A stretch of 64,000 bases of DNA from an uncultured Methanoregulaceae archaeon (GTDB lineage: Archaea; Halobacteriota; Methanomicrobia; Methanomicrobiales; Methanospirillaceae), in NCBI GenBank assembly GCA_963705255.1, contig OY970061.1, positions 1,440,001 through 1,504,000 on the forward strand, given 5' to 3'. The position numbers and the translations under genes were made by a program. This document shows, one piece after another, positions 1 through 12,103 of this stretch (the first letter of the stretch is position 1; the number at the start of each line of letters is the position of its first letter). A model generated the notes under the pieces. It was not told the DNA's origin, did not search any database, and saw only the letters and a program-made list of their open reading frames with translations.

Positions 1-1312
1 TCGAGCTCGACTTTCTTGAACCCGAGGCCCTGGATGGTATTGATGGAGGAGCCGAAAAGGTCGAGGTCGCGCTCGACAATACCGGGGAGCATCCGCATCA
101 TCACCTCGTGGGTGAGGGCCCGGACCTCGTCGAGCGGGACCGGACAGAACCGCCGGAAGATATCCGCTTCATGGCCCCCGCTGGCGCCGGCCGGGAGGTC
201 GGGGATGGCGAGCAAGATCTTCCAGTCGGCCGGCATCTCATGGCGGACGATAACCGGCGGGGGGCTGACACCCCGCGAAGCGGATGACGGGCGGAAATCT
301 AATTTCTCCCCCCTGCCCCGAACCGGTGCCCCCCATCGATGATGAAACCCCCGTGATCGAATGCCGCGGTGCCGATGCCGGAGGTCCCGCCCCGGCCCGT
401 GAGCCGGGCGAGTTCCCGTGTAGTGAGCTGCCGTCCGTGGAGCTCGGCGATCGCCCGGGCCACAGCAAGCGAGAGCTGCGACCCGCTCCCGAGGCCGACA
501 TGGGAGGGGTACATCTTCCTGACCGTGATCGCAACGCTTCCGCCCAGCCCCAGTTCCTGCAGTATGCCCGCTGCAACCTGCCCGATCCGCTCCCGCGTGG
601 CCGGGTCACAACCGCACACAGTCAGGACCGGGGAGAGCTCTGCTTCCAGCAGGATACCGGGTTCGTCGAGAGTGATGCCGATGCCGCCGTCAACCCGGCC
701 CGATCCGCCGTGCATGTCGATGAGCGATACGTGGACCCGCGAGGGCGTGTTCACGACAACCCGCCGCCGGTCGAGGAACCGGTTGTAGGGGAACTGCTCC
801 TCGATGAAGATGAGCGGTTTGCCGCCGTGGATGATCTGGTACTGGCGGGAGAGGAGCGGTTCGTTCCTGCAGATGGAGAATACCCTGCCGGCCTCTTCCG
901 TGGCAGGTAGGACGCGGGCAGTAAGGATCTCCCGCCGTGCCTCGATGTTGTGCTGCCTGATGATCTTTCCGATGGGGATGTCCGCCTTCATCAGGTCGTC
1001 CTTGAAGTCCGGGGAGAGACGCCGGACGGGCGTGTGGGATATCGCGTAGATGAGCACCTCCCCGCTCTCTTCCGTTGAGATCTCCACGATCCGGAAGTTG
1101 ACCGGGTCGCCCTCGGCAATGTTCAGGTTGCCGGCAGCAGTGCCGTCAGCAGGGACGATCTCCTGAACGAGAGTCCTGATGACGACTTTTTTTCCGGTGA
1201 TCGATTCGAGGATCTGGGTGACCGAACCGTCCGTGCCGAGAAGAAATTTCTGGACGGGCGAGATCCTGCCCACCTGTGCCTCCATCTCCCGGATTGCCTC
1301 TGCGATGTCCAT
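1..1312 (-). CDS. mptG: Fusion of a chorismate pyruvate-lyase-like (DUF98/UbiC fold) domain and beta-ribofuranosylaminobenzene 5'-phosphate synthase (GHMP family); runs off the window start; frameshift near 310
   Basis: The N-terminus has LLGTDGSVTQILE...ADIPIGKII...R.Y.I....KPLIFIEEQF (chorismate lyase-like). It is followed by TPSRVHVSLIDMHG..GRVDGGIG, HVGLGSGSQ and GRGGTSGIG..AF.HGGFIIDGGH. After a slip in a G-run the frame continues as FRPSSASRGVSPPPVIVRH..P.DW. Confidence 0.85.
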
Positions 1313-1403
1313 CCCAAGAACCTTATCACGGGAAATAATAAGGATGCTGATGCACCACTGCCCATTCCGCGAAAAACAAAAAAATTCCGGAACGATCCGC
1401 TGT

Positions 1404-1787
1404 TCACTGCATCTTCCGGGACCTGCCGGGCCGCCGGGCCGCTGCGGGGCCGGGAAGCACGGCTGCCGGCACCCGTGCGGTGATCTCCGCAAAGGATTCT
1501 GTGGTGAGCCGCCCTTTTTTGCCGATCACCGCGCCGCTCCGGAGGCAGATTACCCGTGATGTCATCACGTAACTCTCGCCAAAGAGGTCGAGACCCCCGG
1601 TAGCAAAATCGTCGATGGAGAGTGGCAGGCTGGGCGCATCGGACGGCGGCTTGCTGCTGACCGGGCAGACATGGATCCTGCCGGGCTCTTCTGTCCGGAT
1701 CACCACCACCGGCCGTGTCTTTGGCGCGGTCCGGTCATCCAGTGCAACGGAAGCAAGGAGGACATCGCCCTTCACGTACTGCCCCAT
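1404..1787 (-). CDS. PemK/MazF-family toxin-like protein
   Basis: GDVLLA......KTRPVVV, CPVSSKP, DF..GGL...SYV and IGKKGRL pattern typical of the PemK fold. Confidence 0.7.
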   Translation of the reverse strand: MGQYVKGDVLLASVALDDRTAPKTRPVVVIRTEEPGRIHVCPVSSKPPSDAPSLPLSIDDFATGGLDLFGESYVMTSRVICLRSGAVIGKKGRLTTESFAEITARVPAAVLPGPAAARRPGRSRKMQ

Positions 1788-2237
1788 GGATAAATATCCG
1801 GCATGGTACGGCATAAGGGGTTGGGTTGCAGCTGCAGAGGTCCGGCAGAGCAGATCCTGGTAACGGGGATCGTGATACCCTCTGGAGGTCGTGGCCAGGG
1901 TCTTCGGGAATAGTACTCAAATAAGGCCGATACGCTCTCTGTTGGGTAATCCGGCGATCCCGTTCTCCGGCTGCACAGGAAATGCTGTCCACGCGCAAGG
2001 AAAATCCTGAAAATTACCAGTATTTTTCGAAAATGACTTCAAAATAGAACCGGAGAACCTGCAAAATAGCGGCCCGCAGGCAGCCCCCGTTTCTGCAACA
2101 GGGTACAGCAGGTCCGGAAGAACCGGAGGCCGATCTTCCGGATCACCCCGGACCAGAAGGGGGCAGCCGGCTCCATCCCGCCCACCTGGGTGGCAGGATG
2201 CAGAATACTTTATCCGAAGAATATCATAGGGAAATTC

Positions 2238-2570
2238 ATGACGCGCTGCGATCACTGCGGCAACGAGACTGCACTGCCGTATACCTGCCAGCACTGCGGG
2301 GGGAAATTCTGCGCTGACTGCCGGCTCCCGCCAAACCATGCCTGTACGGGAATCGGCAGCTGGAACAGAAAACCCCGGCCTGCGGTTGGCATGAACTACA
2401 GCCGGGGCGGCGGGGTGACAGCAACCGGAGGGGGCGCCGCAGAACCCCGGCGCGGGACAGTGAAAAAAGCGGCCGGGGAGATCCCATCCCTGAAGATCAC
2501 TGCGCTCATCATTGCCGTGATCCTGCTGGGGCTCGCGTGGCTCGTGCTCAGCGGGTACCGGTTCGGATGA
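2238..2570 (+). CDS. AN1-type zinc finger protein with C-terminal TM helix
   Basis: CDHC..LPYTCQHCGGKFCADCRLPPNHAC motif; hydrophobic C-terminus. Confidence 0.8.
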   Translation: MTRCDHCGNETALPYTCQHCGGKFCADCRLPPNHACTGIGSWNRKPRPAVGMNYSRGGGVTATGGGAAEPRRGTVKKAAGEIPSLKITALIIAVILLGLAWLVLSGYRFG

Positions 2571-2734
2571 GGATGCAGTCTCCGTCTACATCATGAGGAT
2601 GAAGAAGATCACCCGGATCCTTCGTTCGATACCAATTTCGATACGGTTGAAGGGATCGCCCGGTTGTTCTCATGAGAATGAGTATTCCATCTCCCTCTTA
2701 ACCCCCGCCGCCCTATCTCCTGAGCAGGAATACC

Positions 2735-3403
2735 ATGAAGATCCTCGCCATTCACGGAAGCCCCCGGACGATCCGGAGCATGACGCGAAAACTTGCCGGC
2801 TTTGTACTTGAAGGAGCGGCGGAGCAGGGTGCGGAGACGGAGATGATCGACCTCTGCGATTACCGGGTCACGCCCTGCACGGCCTGCGAAGGCTGCTCGT
2901 TCAACGGGATATGTGTATTCGACGACGATGTCCTGGCCATCGTTGAGAGGATGAAGGAAGCGGACGGGATCGTCTTCGCATCACCGGTGTATATCGACAA
3001 TGTCTCCGGCCAGATGAAGGTCTTCTTCGACCGGCTCGCGGACGCGATCCACTACCAGCTGCTCTCCGGAAAATACGGGTGCTCGGTCGCCACCACGCAC
3101 GAGTCCGGCGGCAACGAGGTGGTCTCGTACCTGAACCATGTCCAGAACTATCTGGGGGTGATTTCCGTCGGGGGGCTCAGGGTTGCCACGGGCGGGAACC
3201 CGGAGACCGTGGATGCACACGAGCCGGCAGCACGGGCCCTCGGCAGGAAACTCGCGGATGCGATCTCGGTCGGGTACTCTGATCCAGGCCAGGAGGCGAT
3301 CCTTGCAGATAACCGGGCGTATTTCAGGACGCTCGTGGAAGAGAACAAGGATCTCCGCCCCGTGGAGTATGAGCGGTGGGTGCGGATGGGCTGGATCACG
3401 TAA
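2735..3403 (+). CDS. Flavodoxin family / iron-sulfur flavoprotein
   Basis: MKILAIHGSPR, CxxCxxCx5C cluster motif, ADGIVFASPVY and MKVFFDR. Confidence 0.9.
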   Translation: MKILAIHGSPRTIRSMTRKLAGFVLEGAAEQGAETEMIDLCDYRVTPCTACEGCSFNGICVFDDDVLAIVERMKEADGIVFASPVYIDNVSGQMKVFFDRLADAIHYQLLSGKYGCSVATTHESGGNEVVSYLNHVQNYLGVISVGGLRVATGGNPETVDAHEPAARALGRKLADAISVGYSDPGQEAILADNRAYFRTLVEENKDLRPVEYERWVRMGWIT

Positions 3404-3492
3404 ACACGCGGATAACCTGCCGGGCCGGATCCTGCCCGCGAAAGGAAACCGGAAAACCGGTACCCGTATCGGAATTTATTTCGAAAAAGGAG

Positions 3493-4065
3493 TCAGTAGT
3501 TTTCTGCCACCAGCTCGAAGTACGCCTGCGGGTGATCGCAGACCGGGCACTTCGCAGGTGCGATCTTCCCGTCATGGACAAACCCGCAGTTCCGGCAGTA
3601 CCATTTCGAGGGCATCTCGGATTTGAAGACGGTTCCGTTTACCAGGTTCGCATGCAGTTTCACGTACCGCGCCTCGTGGTGGACCTCCACTTCCGCGACC
3701 ATCTTGAAGAGATAGGCGATCTCCCCGAATCCCTCTTTCTTCGCGGTTGCTGCAAATGCGGGGTAGAGCGTGCCCCACTCCATCTGTTCGCCCGCGGCTG
3801 CTGCCGCGAGGTTCTCCTTCGTGATCCCGATCATACCGGCAGGATAGGCCGCAGTGATCTCCACCGCGCCGCCTTTGAGCTGTTTGAAGAAGAGTTTCCC
3901 ATGCTCTTTCTCCTCTTCTGCGGTCTGCTGGAAGATCGCCGCGATCTGCTCGTAGCCCTCCTTCCGTGCTGCACTTGCAAAGAACGTGTACCGGTTCCGT
4001 GCCTGTGACTCGCCGGCAAATGCCGCAAGCAGGTTCTTTTCCGTCATACTCCCGTGGAACTTCAT
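3493..4065 (-). CDS. rbr: Rubrerythrin
   Basis: [16 protein letters not shown], ExxH di-iron motifs and C-terminal WYCRNCG...CPVC.HP. Confidence 0.95.
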   Translation of the reverse strand: MKFHGSMTEKNLLAAFAGESQARNRYTFFASAARKEGYEQIAAIFQQTAEEEKEHGKLFFKQLKGGAVEITAAYPAGMIGITKENLAAAAAGEQMEWGTLYPAFAATAKKEGFGEIAYLFKMVAEVEVHHEARYVKLHANLVNGTVFKSEMPSKWYCRNCGFVHDGKIAPAKCPVCDHPQAYFELVAENY

Positions 4066-4257
4066 GGTAAAATCTCCGGTGGGATCTTTTTTTCCGGGAA
4101 GATATACCCAGCGGTCAGCGCATAGCCGGGTCCAGTAGCCAGGTTCTGGTATCAGGGCCTGGTCCCGGGACGGAAGGTTACCTCCGCGAAGCGTTGAGGG
4201 CAACCCCCGGCGTCCCGATCCATGCCTTTATCATGCCTGCCGCCGGAAATCCGGTAG

Positions 4258-4449
4258 ATGTCAAAAAAAGAGCATGTTATGAAGATGGTAGATGAGTCAA
4301 CAGGACTCATGGAGTGCCTTGTCTGCGGTGAACGGCGCCACGCGGTCATGAAAGCGGGGCCTGACGGGAAATTCCTCCCTGAGAACTGGGAATGCGTGAA
4401 CAAGTGCAGACTGATCCGGGACGATGCCGGCGCAGGAAAAAAGAAGTAA
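4258..4449 (+). CDS. Small Cys-containing hypothetical protein (zinc-ribbon-like)
   Basis: 63-aa ORF with CLVC and CVNKC; resembles the ORF at 47629-47814. Confidence 0.6.
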   Translation: MSKKEHVMKMVDESTGLMECLVCGERRHAVMKAGPDGKFLPENWECVNKCRLIRDDAGAGKKK

Positions 4450-4577
4450 CTCCTCTTTTCTGTCTCTGTCCGGGCCGGCTTCCAGTACCCGGAGATCACT
4501 CTCTTTCGGGGCCGGCCCGGAGAGGGAGTGGTAATGGTTCATCCCCTTCGCCGGATACCCGGCCGGTCTCCGGTCAG

Positions 4578-7500
4578 TTACCGGGGTTCTTTCCCGCTCC
4601 TGTATGCTCCTTTCGGCACCGTGATCTCGAACCGGGCGCCTTTGCCATGGGTCCCCGTCTCGTGGATGAATATACCAGTGATAGCCAGGATCTCCCGGGC
4701 AAGGAAGAGGCCAAACCCCGTATTCTTGCCATATCCTTTCTCAAAGATCTTCTGTTTCACGTCGAGCGGGATCCCGATGCCGTTGTCCTGGACAGTTATC
4801 ACCATCTCTTCGCCCTCGATCCCGCACCTGACCGTGATTGCTGTCACCCGCTGCCCGTGCCGGACCGCATTGTCGAAGAGGTTGAAAAAAACCTTCTCGA
4901 GCATCGGGTCGGCGAATATCTCATAACTCCCGCAGGAGTAGGTAACGGCCAGGTTCTGGGGTTCAGCGGCTTTGACAACATCCCTGATCCGGTACCATGC
5001 AGGGGTCTCGACCCCCAGTTCCTGGTAGGTCCGCGTAAACTCGATCTGCCGCTGGATCATGCTTACTGCTTTCTCGATCTTGGCAAGGAACCCCGCAATG
5101 ACAGGATCGGGCCTGGTGTGCTGGGAGAGCTGGGTATACCCGAGCACGATGGTGAGCTGGTTTGCAACATCGTGGCGGGTGATGCTGTTGAGGAGGTTCA
5201 GTTTCTCGTTGGCCCGGTGGAGGGCTTCTTCAGCCTGCTTCCTGCCGGTCATATCCCGGAGAGCGACAATATTTGCCGGATCTCCCTGGTACTGGATCTT
5301 CGTACCGATCGATTCGATCCAGATGCCCTTTCCATCCGGAGCCCACGCCCGGTAGGTCTGGAGGTAGCTGTCGGTTCCCGAGATGACATTCTGCATGTCC
5401 CGGATAACAGTATCCCGGTATTCCGGTGAGATGAAATCAAGGATATTTTTCCCGATCACGAGCGCCGGGTCCGGTATCCCGAACATCCGGAGGATACTTG
5501 GGTTCACGTAGAGGATCTTCCCCGTGAAGTCCTGGATGAGAACACCGTCGAATGCAAAGTCCGTGAGGATCCGGTAGCGCTCCTCGCTCTCCTGCAGGTT
5601 TTTCTCAATGGCGCGGCGGCCGGAAATATCCCGGCACAGGGTGATGATCCGGCCGATCCCGCCCTCGCGGATAAGCGTTGCATTGATCTCGACCGGCGTA
5701 ATATGGCCCGCGGCGTCCACATAATCGATCTCAAAATTCCTTATGAGCCCGTCACGGACGCATTGCTGTACCGCAGCGGTATTTTTCTCCCTCTCGTAAC
5801 CGGCTGTCCAGTCAAGTACGCTCCGCCCGAGGATCTCTTCAAGATCCGTATGGCCGGTCAGGGCGACATACCTGGCATTGGCATCGAGCACCTTCCCCTC
5901 ATTATCGATAATCACGTAGCCGGTATCTGTCGTTTCGACGAGGGAGCGGTACTTTTCCTCGCTTGCCCTGAGTGCCTCGCCGCTATGCGCCAGATTCTCA
6001 TACTGCTGCCGGAGCTCTTCTTCCACCGCGGTAAGCTGTTCATAGGCTTCCTTCAGCCGGGACTCGCTCTCTTTCCTCGAGGTGATGTCAAAGATGACCC
6101 CCGAGAATATCAGTTCGTTTCCATGGACGACCGGGCTTGACATGGCCTGGAACCAGATCGTCTCTCCGGTGGGTTTGACGAACCGCCCCTCGAAATTCCA
6201 CTTTTCAGGGTCTTTCACCACGTGAGCGACAGTCTCCATGAACCGCGGCAGGTCGTCTGGATGGACATGGCTTACAAACCACGGGAAGAAATCGGTGATG
6301 GTCTGGTCAACCCCGAAGATCTCCCCGGAACGGGCACTCACGTACGATAGCCCCATGCTCCCGTCGGGCCTGGCAAAGAACTGGTAGATAACCCCCGGCA
6401 CGTTGGCTGCAATCTCCTCCAGCTGCTGCTGCCGCTTCCGTACCTCCTGCTCGCTCCTCACGAGTTCCTCGGTACTGGCCGCGGAGCTCTTCCTCGGCAG
6501 CCATCAGCTGCTCGTTTGCGACCCGCAGTTCGTCCTCGGTCTGCTTCTGCTCCGTAATGTCCCGGATGGACTGGATGGCGCCGGCAACCTCACCCTTCTC
6601 ATTGCAGAGCGCCCGTGCCTTGCACCACAGATCGACACGGTGCCCGTTCAGGACCGCATTGTCGGTTTCCGCAGTCAGGGTATTGCCGGATTTTTTTATG
6701 GAGATGTACATCTTTTCCGCTTCGTCATCCGGCCTGAGGAGATGGTCGGCAAGGATGGGCCTCCGGACACCGTAGAACGGGACCGCATAGTCATAGTCCC
6801 CCTTCCCGATCATGTCTGCCGCGGGTATGCCGGTCATCTCTTCGATGGCATGGTTCCATGCGATGACATGGCCGCTCGTATCGATTGCAAACGTAGCATC
6901 GGGAAGGAAGTCGATGATCTCTGCCAGCCTTTTCTCTGATTCATGGAGTGCCTGTTCCGCCTGCTTCTGCCGGGTGTTGTCTATAAAGGTCTCGAGGAGG
7001 CAGGCTCGCCCCTGAAGGTCGATCGGGACGACGTACTTGATGATGGATACGCTGGACCCGTCAGCGGTCAGGAGGACGCGTTCGCTGTTGTCCACTGCCT
7101 GGCCCATATCTGAAACCGGGCACTTTCCCTGTTCAGCCGGGCAGATAAACTGGTGGCAGGGTTTCCCGATGAGGTTCTCTTTCTTCCCCCGGTACATCCT
7201 GACCGCCGAAGGATTGAGATCGAGGATCTCGTGGGTCGCTGCATCGATGATGGCGATCCCTGCCTGCACGGCTCCAAAAATGCGCTTGAGATACTCCTCG
7301 CTTGCCTTCAGGCTCTGTTCGCTCTCCCTGAGCGCCTGTTCTGCCCTCCTCCGGGACACGACCTGCCGTACCTGGTGGGCCAGTTCAGCGAACTGAACAT
7401 CCGGGTCGCCACCTTTCTGCAGGTAAAAGTCCGCGCCGTTGTTGATCGCCTCGATGACCACCTCTTCACGCCCCCGGCCGGTGAAGAGGATGAACGGTAT

Positions 7501-7722
7501 ATCTCCAAATGAGCGGCGTACGTTCTTCAGGAGCTCGATGCCGTCCATCCCCGGCATCTGGTAATCGGCAATGATGGCATCGTACGGTTTTTTTGCCAGT
7601 TCGGCAAGTGCCTCCTCCCCAGACAGGACGGTCCTGACATTGAACTCCCCGGTACTTTCGAGGAAGATCTGGCCGATCTCGAGCAGGTTCGGCTCGTCAT
7701 CAACATACAGGAGGGAAAACAT
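4578..7722 (-). CDS. Hybrid response regulator / multi-PAS histidine kinase; frameshift near 6470
   Basis: Receiver domain (LYVDDE, DYQMPGMDG), several PAS/PAC repeats, H-box TRHD, NLFDNAVRHG, DNGIGIP and GFGL. ORFs 6307-7722 and 4578-6461 join with one indel. Confidence 0.9.
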
Positions 7723-7848
7723 TTCATGGCCCCGGGCGGTGCGTCAGGCAGGTTGTCTGTCGAAGATGCAATTGTCTTGATAAAAGATGAATGTTCCGAG
7801 TTGCGGAGCCGGGTTGCATACCGGTGGGAAAAACAGGACCGGCCCGAA

Positions 7849-8091
7849 ATGAACAGGCCCCCGGGCCTGATCGACATGGGGATGATTGCGTCCATCTTCC
7901 TCCTCTCCTCCGCGTTCCAGAAAGGGCTCCCGCAGAAGCAGCTCCCGCCTTACATCCTCCTCGCGGTCCTGCTCATCTCCTTTCTCATCCCCCTTGCGGT
8001 CTTCATTACCCGGGGAATCAGTTTTGCATCCCTGGTCACGCTGCTCAACTTCTTTGGCTGCGGGTCGCTCGTCACCACCGGGAGTTTTTAA
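7849..8091 (+). pseudogene. Short membrane-protein ORF or fragment abutting a flavodoxin 3' remnant
   Basis: Hydrophobic 80-aa ORF (PYILLAVLLISFLIPLAVFI) that ends where homology to the flavodoxin tail begins. Confidence 0.35.
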
Positions 8092-8167
8092 GGATATCGT
8101 CATAGAGAACCGTGATCTCCGCCCCGATGACTACGAGGGGTGGGTGCGGTTGGGATGGATCGGATGA
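8076..8167 (+). pseudogene. Orphan 3' end of a flavodoxin-family gene (paralogous to 3311-3403)
   Basis: HREF(F)KDIVIENRDLRPDDYEGWVRLGWIG* versus NRAYFRTLVEENKDLRPVEYERWVRMGWIT*. Confidence 0.75.
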
Positions 8168-8378
8168 ATCAAAACGGATTATCATTCAGGCAGACGGGAA
8201 GGGAGAGCAGGGAACTGACTGTCCCGGATCAGCCAGGGACCCAGGGTGATTGTTCCGTTTCACCCTTCTCCTTTTCAAGCCTTTGTTGACCGGTACGTTG
8301 CACTGACCCTCCGGTAACACCATTGCGAACAATTAAGTGCGGCTGCCCTTACCATTCAGATAGGTACACGGGTTTACC

Positions 8379-10149
8379 ATGAATGACATCCAGCGCCTTT
8401 TTATCCTGTGGAAGGATTACCGGAAGGTACCTACTCCTCTCAATCCTCCTCACGATTGGCGGGGCGATCGGCACGCTCGCCATCCCCGCCCTCTCGCAGG
8501 CCCTGATCGATCAGGGCATCCGCAACAGCGACCTCCCCCTGGTCATCCGGTACGGGGGGTACATGTTCGTCCTCACGCTCGTTGCCGCAGCCTGCCAGGT
8601 TCTCAATACGATCATCGCGGTGCGATTCTCCGAAGAGACCGCCGATTACCTACGGACCGGCGCGTACGACCGGGTCCAGCAGCTCTCGTTCGGCAACCTT
8701 GATCGTTTCCGGTCAAGTGACCTCCTCGTCCGGCTCACGAACGATATCCAGAACATCAAGATTGCCATCCAGCAGGGGATCCTTAACCTGCCGCTCGTGC
8801 CGGTCATGCTCGTCATCACTATCCTGCTGATTGCCCTCCGCTCTCCGGCCCTGATCTGGCTCATGATCGTGCTCCTCGTCGTGTTTGCCGCTCTACTCGG
8901 GGCATACCTCTGGGTCGTGCTCGCGATCTTCGCGGACCGGGAGGAGAAGGTCGACGCGATGAGCGGGGCGCTGCAGGAGAGCATGACCGGGATCCGGGTG
9001 GTCAAGGCATTCGTGCGCCAGACGTTCGAGAACCAACGGTTCGCCCGGTCGGCCGGGGAAGTGAAAGCCGTCTCGGTCCATGCCCAGACCTGGATCGCCG
9101 TCCTGATCCCGGCAATGCTGCTGGCGGTCAACCTTGCGGTTGTCGCGATCTTCTGGGTCGGGGGATTTGCGGCTTTGTCCGGGGCGGGTTTTTCAACCGG
9201 CGAGGTGATTGCGTCCGTACAGTACCTCTTCCTCCTCATCATGCCGTTTATGATTCTCGGGACGGTCCTGCCGGCGATCTCGGCCGCACGCCCCTCCCTT
9301 GGGAGGATCTTCGAAGTCCTCGATACGCAGGCTGACGTGACCGACAGCGACCATCCCGTCGCCCCGGACCCGGCATCGGTACAGGGCAGGCTCGTCTTCG
9401 ACGGGGTGAGCTTCGGGTACCGGGAGAGCGACGGGACGCCGGGCCCGCTCGTCCTGCAGGAGATCAGTTTCACTGCAGGGCCCGGCGAGACGATCGGCTT
9501 TCTGGGCCCCACCGGTTCCGGCAAGTCGACGCTCGTGCACCTCGTCCCCCGGTTCTATGACCGCACCGCGGGGAGTATAACGATCGACGGCATCGATATC
9601 CGGCAGATCCCGCAGGATACGCTCCGGGAGATCGTGGGGATCTGCCTCCAGCAGCCGACCCTCTTCTTCGGCACGATCCGGGAGAACCTCCTCTTTGCGG
9701 CAAAAGACCAGTCTGACGAGAATATGATCGCAGCCGCAACCGATGCGGATGCAGACGGGTTCATCCGGAACATCCCCCTGCAGTACGACGACACCGTTGC
9801 CCGGCACGGCACGAACTTCTCCGGCGGCCAGCGGCAGCGCCTCGCGATCACCCGCACGCTTGCCGCACAGCCCAGGATCCTGATCCTTGACGACAGCACC
9901 AGCGCCTGCGATGTCGCTACCGAGGCGAGGATCCAGGATGCGATCAACCGCCGGTTCTCGAAGGTCACCAAGCTCCTCGTGGCGCAGCGGATCAGCACCG
10001 TCATCGCAGCGGACCGGATCATCCTGTTGGAGAACGGTAGGATCGCGACCTCCGGCACCCACGAGGAGCTCCTGCGCACGAGCTCCCAGTACCGGGAGAT
10101 CTACGATTCCCAGCTCGGGAAAGGCGTGACCGCCGGGGGTGCGCCATGA
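8379..10149 (+). CDS. ABC exporter, fused permease/ATPase (heterodimer subunit 1); frameshift near 8427
   Basis: TM domain, GPTGSGKS, FSGGQRQR and ILDDSTS (degenerate site). The probable true N-terminus MNDIQRLFILWKDYRK is in another frame. Confidence 0.9.
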
Positions 10150-11946
10150 GCGGCAGGCTGGCGAAGCGTGACGGCGAGACCATGCCCCCGATCATCCCCA
10201 CGACCGTGAGGTTCCTCCGGTACCTTGCCCCGTACCGGCTGAAACTTGCCGTCGTGATCCTCCTCATGGCCGTCTTCGCCCTGACGAACGCGGTCTTCTC
10301 CCTCGAACTCGGGACCGCCACCAATATCATTTCTGCAGGACGGGGGCCGACCGGGCCGCTGGAACAGGTAGTCCTCCTCCTCGCCGCTGCATCGGTCGTC
10401 ATCTGGGTATCGGGCACGGTCTCGCAGAAGCTCCTCTCCGGTATCTCGCAGGAGGCACTTCTCCGGCTCCGGACCGAACTCTTCAGCCACATCCAGACGC
10501 TCTCGCTCGACTTCTTCGACCGGCGGCCCATCGGCGAGCTGAATGAGCAGGGTTACGAACGACACCCAAGTGATCGAACAGTTCATCAACATCGGGATGC
10601 TCCAGACCGGGCAGGAGGTTATGACGATCGTCGTTACCAGCATCATCATGCTCGTTGTCAGCCCGGAACTGACGCTCCTCTCGTATATTGTCGTCTTCGC
10701 GCTCGTCGGGGTCTCCTGGCTGATCACGAGGACCTCCGGCCCTGCATTTGTCCTGTTGCAGGAGAAGACCGAGGACCTGAACGGCTTTGCGGAAGAGTGG
10801 CTGTCCGGCGCAAAGACGGTGATCGCATGCCGGCGTCAGGGTGAGGCATCGCGCAGGTTCGGGGCGATGAGCGGCAGGGTTGCAAAGACGGGCGTGAAGG
10901 CGCAGTTCTCCTCGCTCATCAGCCAGCAGGTCTCGAATGTCTTCACCACGGTCCTGATCGTCGTCCTCCTCGTCTTTGGCGGCATCATGGTCATGGAGGG
11001 GATGGCCGAGATCGGGATGCTGATCGCGTTCATTGCGTTCTCGTTCAACCTGCTGAACGCGTTCACGACCATCTTCTCGGTCTACGGCCAGATCCTGAAC
11101 GCGATCGTGGGAGCTGCCAGAGTCTTCGAGGTCCTTGACGAAGAGCCGACGGTAGCGGACCGGAAGGACGCCCCCGCGATGCCCCCCGTTGCCGGGGATG
11201 TGGTCTTCGACAACGTGGACTTCTCGTACATCCCGGGCCGCCGGGTGCTCTCAGGTAATTCGTTCCACACGAAGCCGGGACAGGTCTTCGGGCTCTGCGG
11301 GCCGACCGGCGCCGGCAAGAGCACCATCATCAATATCCTGACCCGGTACTACGATATCGCGGGGGGCTCGATTGCGGTCGATGGGAACGACGTGCGGTCC
11401 GTGAAACAGGACACCCTCCGTATCCAGATCGCCCAGGTGCTGCAGGAGCCGTTCCTCTTCTCGGACACCATCATGGCCAACCTGAAATATGCCCGGGAAG
11501 GGGCGACGGACGAGGAGTGTATCCAAGCGGCACGACAAGCGAACGCCCACGGATTCATCCTGCAGCAGCCGAAGGGATATAAGACCGTGCTCGTGGACGG
11601 GGGGGCGAACCTCTCGCAGGGCCAGCGTCAGATGCTCACCATCGCCCGGGCTATCGTGGCGAACCCCCGGATGCTGATCCTTGACGAAGCGACGTCCAAC
11701 GTGGATACCCGTACCGAGAAACTGATCCAGGAAGACCTCCTCGCGCTCCAGAAGGACAAGACCTCGTTCATTATCGCCCACCGGCTTTCCACGATCAGTC
11801 ACGCCGACCAGATCCTCGTCATCGACAAGGGGAGGATCATCGAACAGGGTACACACGCAGAACTGATGGGGAAGAAAGGATTCTATTACGAGCTCTACAT
11901 GAGCCAGTTCCGCGGGAAACTTGAAGGGGTCGTCAGAATAGAGTGA
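10146..11946 (+). CDS. ABC exporter, fused permease/ATPase (heterodimer subunit 2); frameshift near 10542
   Basis: GPTGAGKS, LSQGQRQ, ILDEATS and AHRLST; overlaps the stop of the upstream gene (ATGA). Confidence 0.9.
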
Positions 11947-12103
11947 ACAGGAAATAACCACGACTTTTTTTAAGAACAACTGCCCACGGAAAGCAGGTTC
12001 ATGGGGCCTGATGTACGCTACCGGGATCTTCTGATCGCATCCGCCGCATCGCTGCCGGAAGGATGTACGTGAAAGCGTCTTGTCAGAAGAAAAATACGGA
12101 AAA

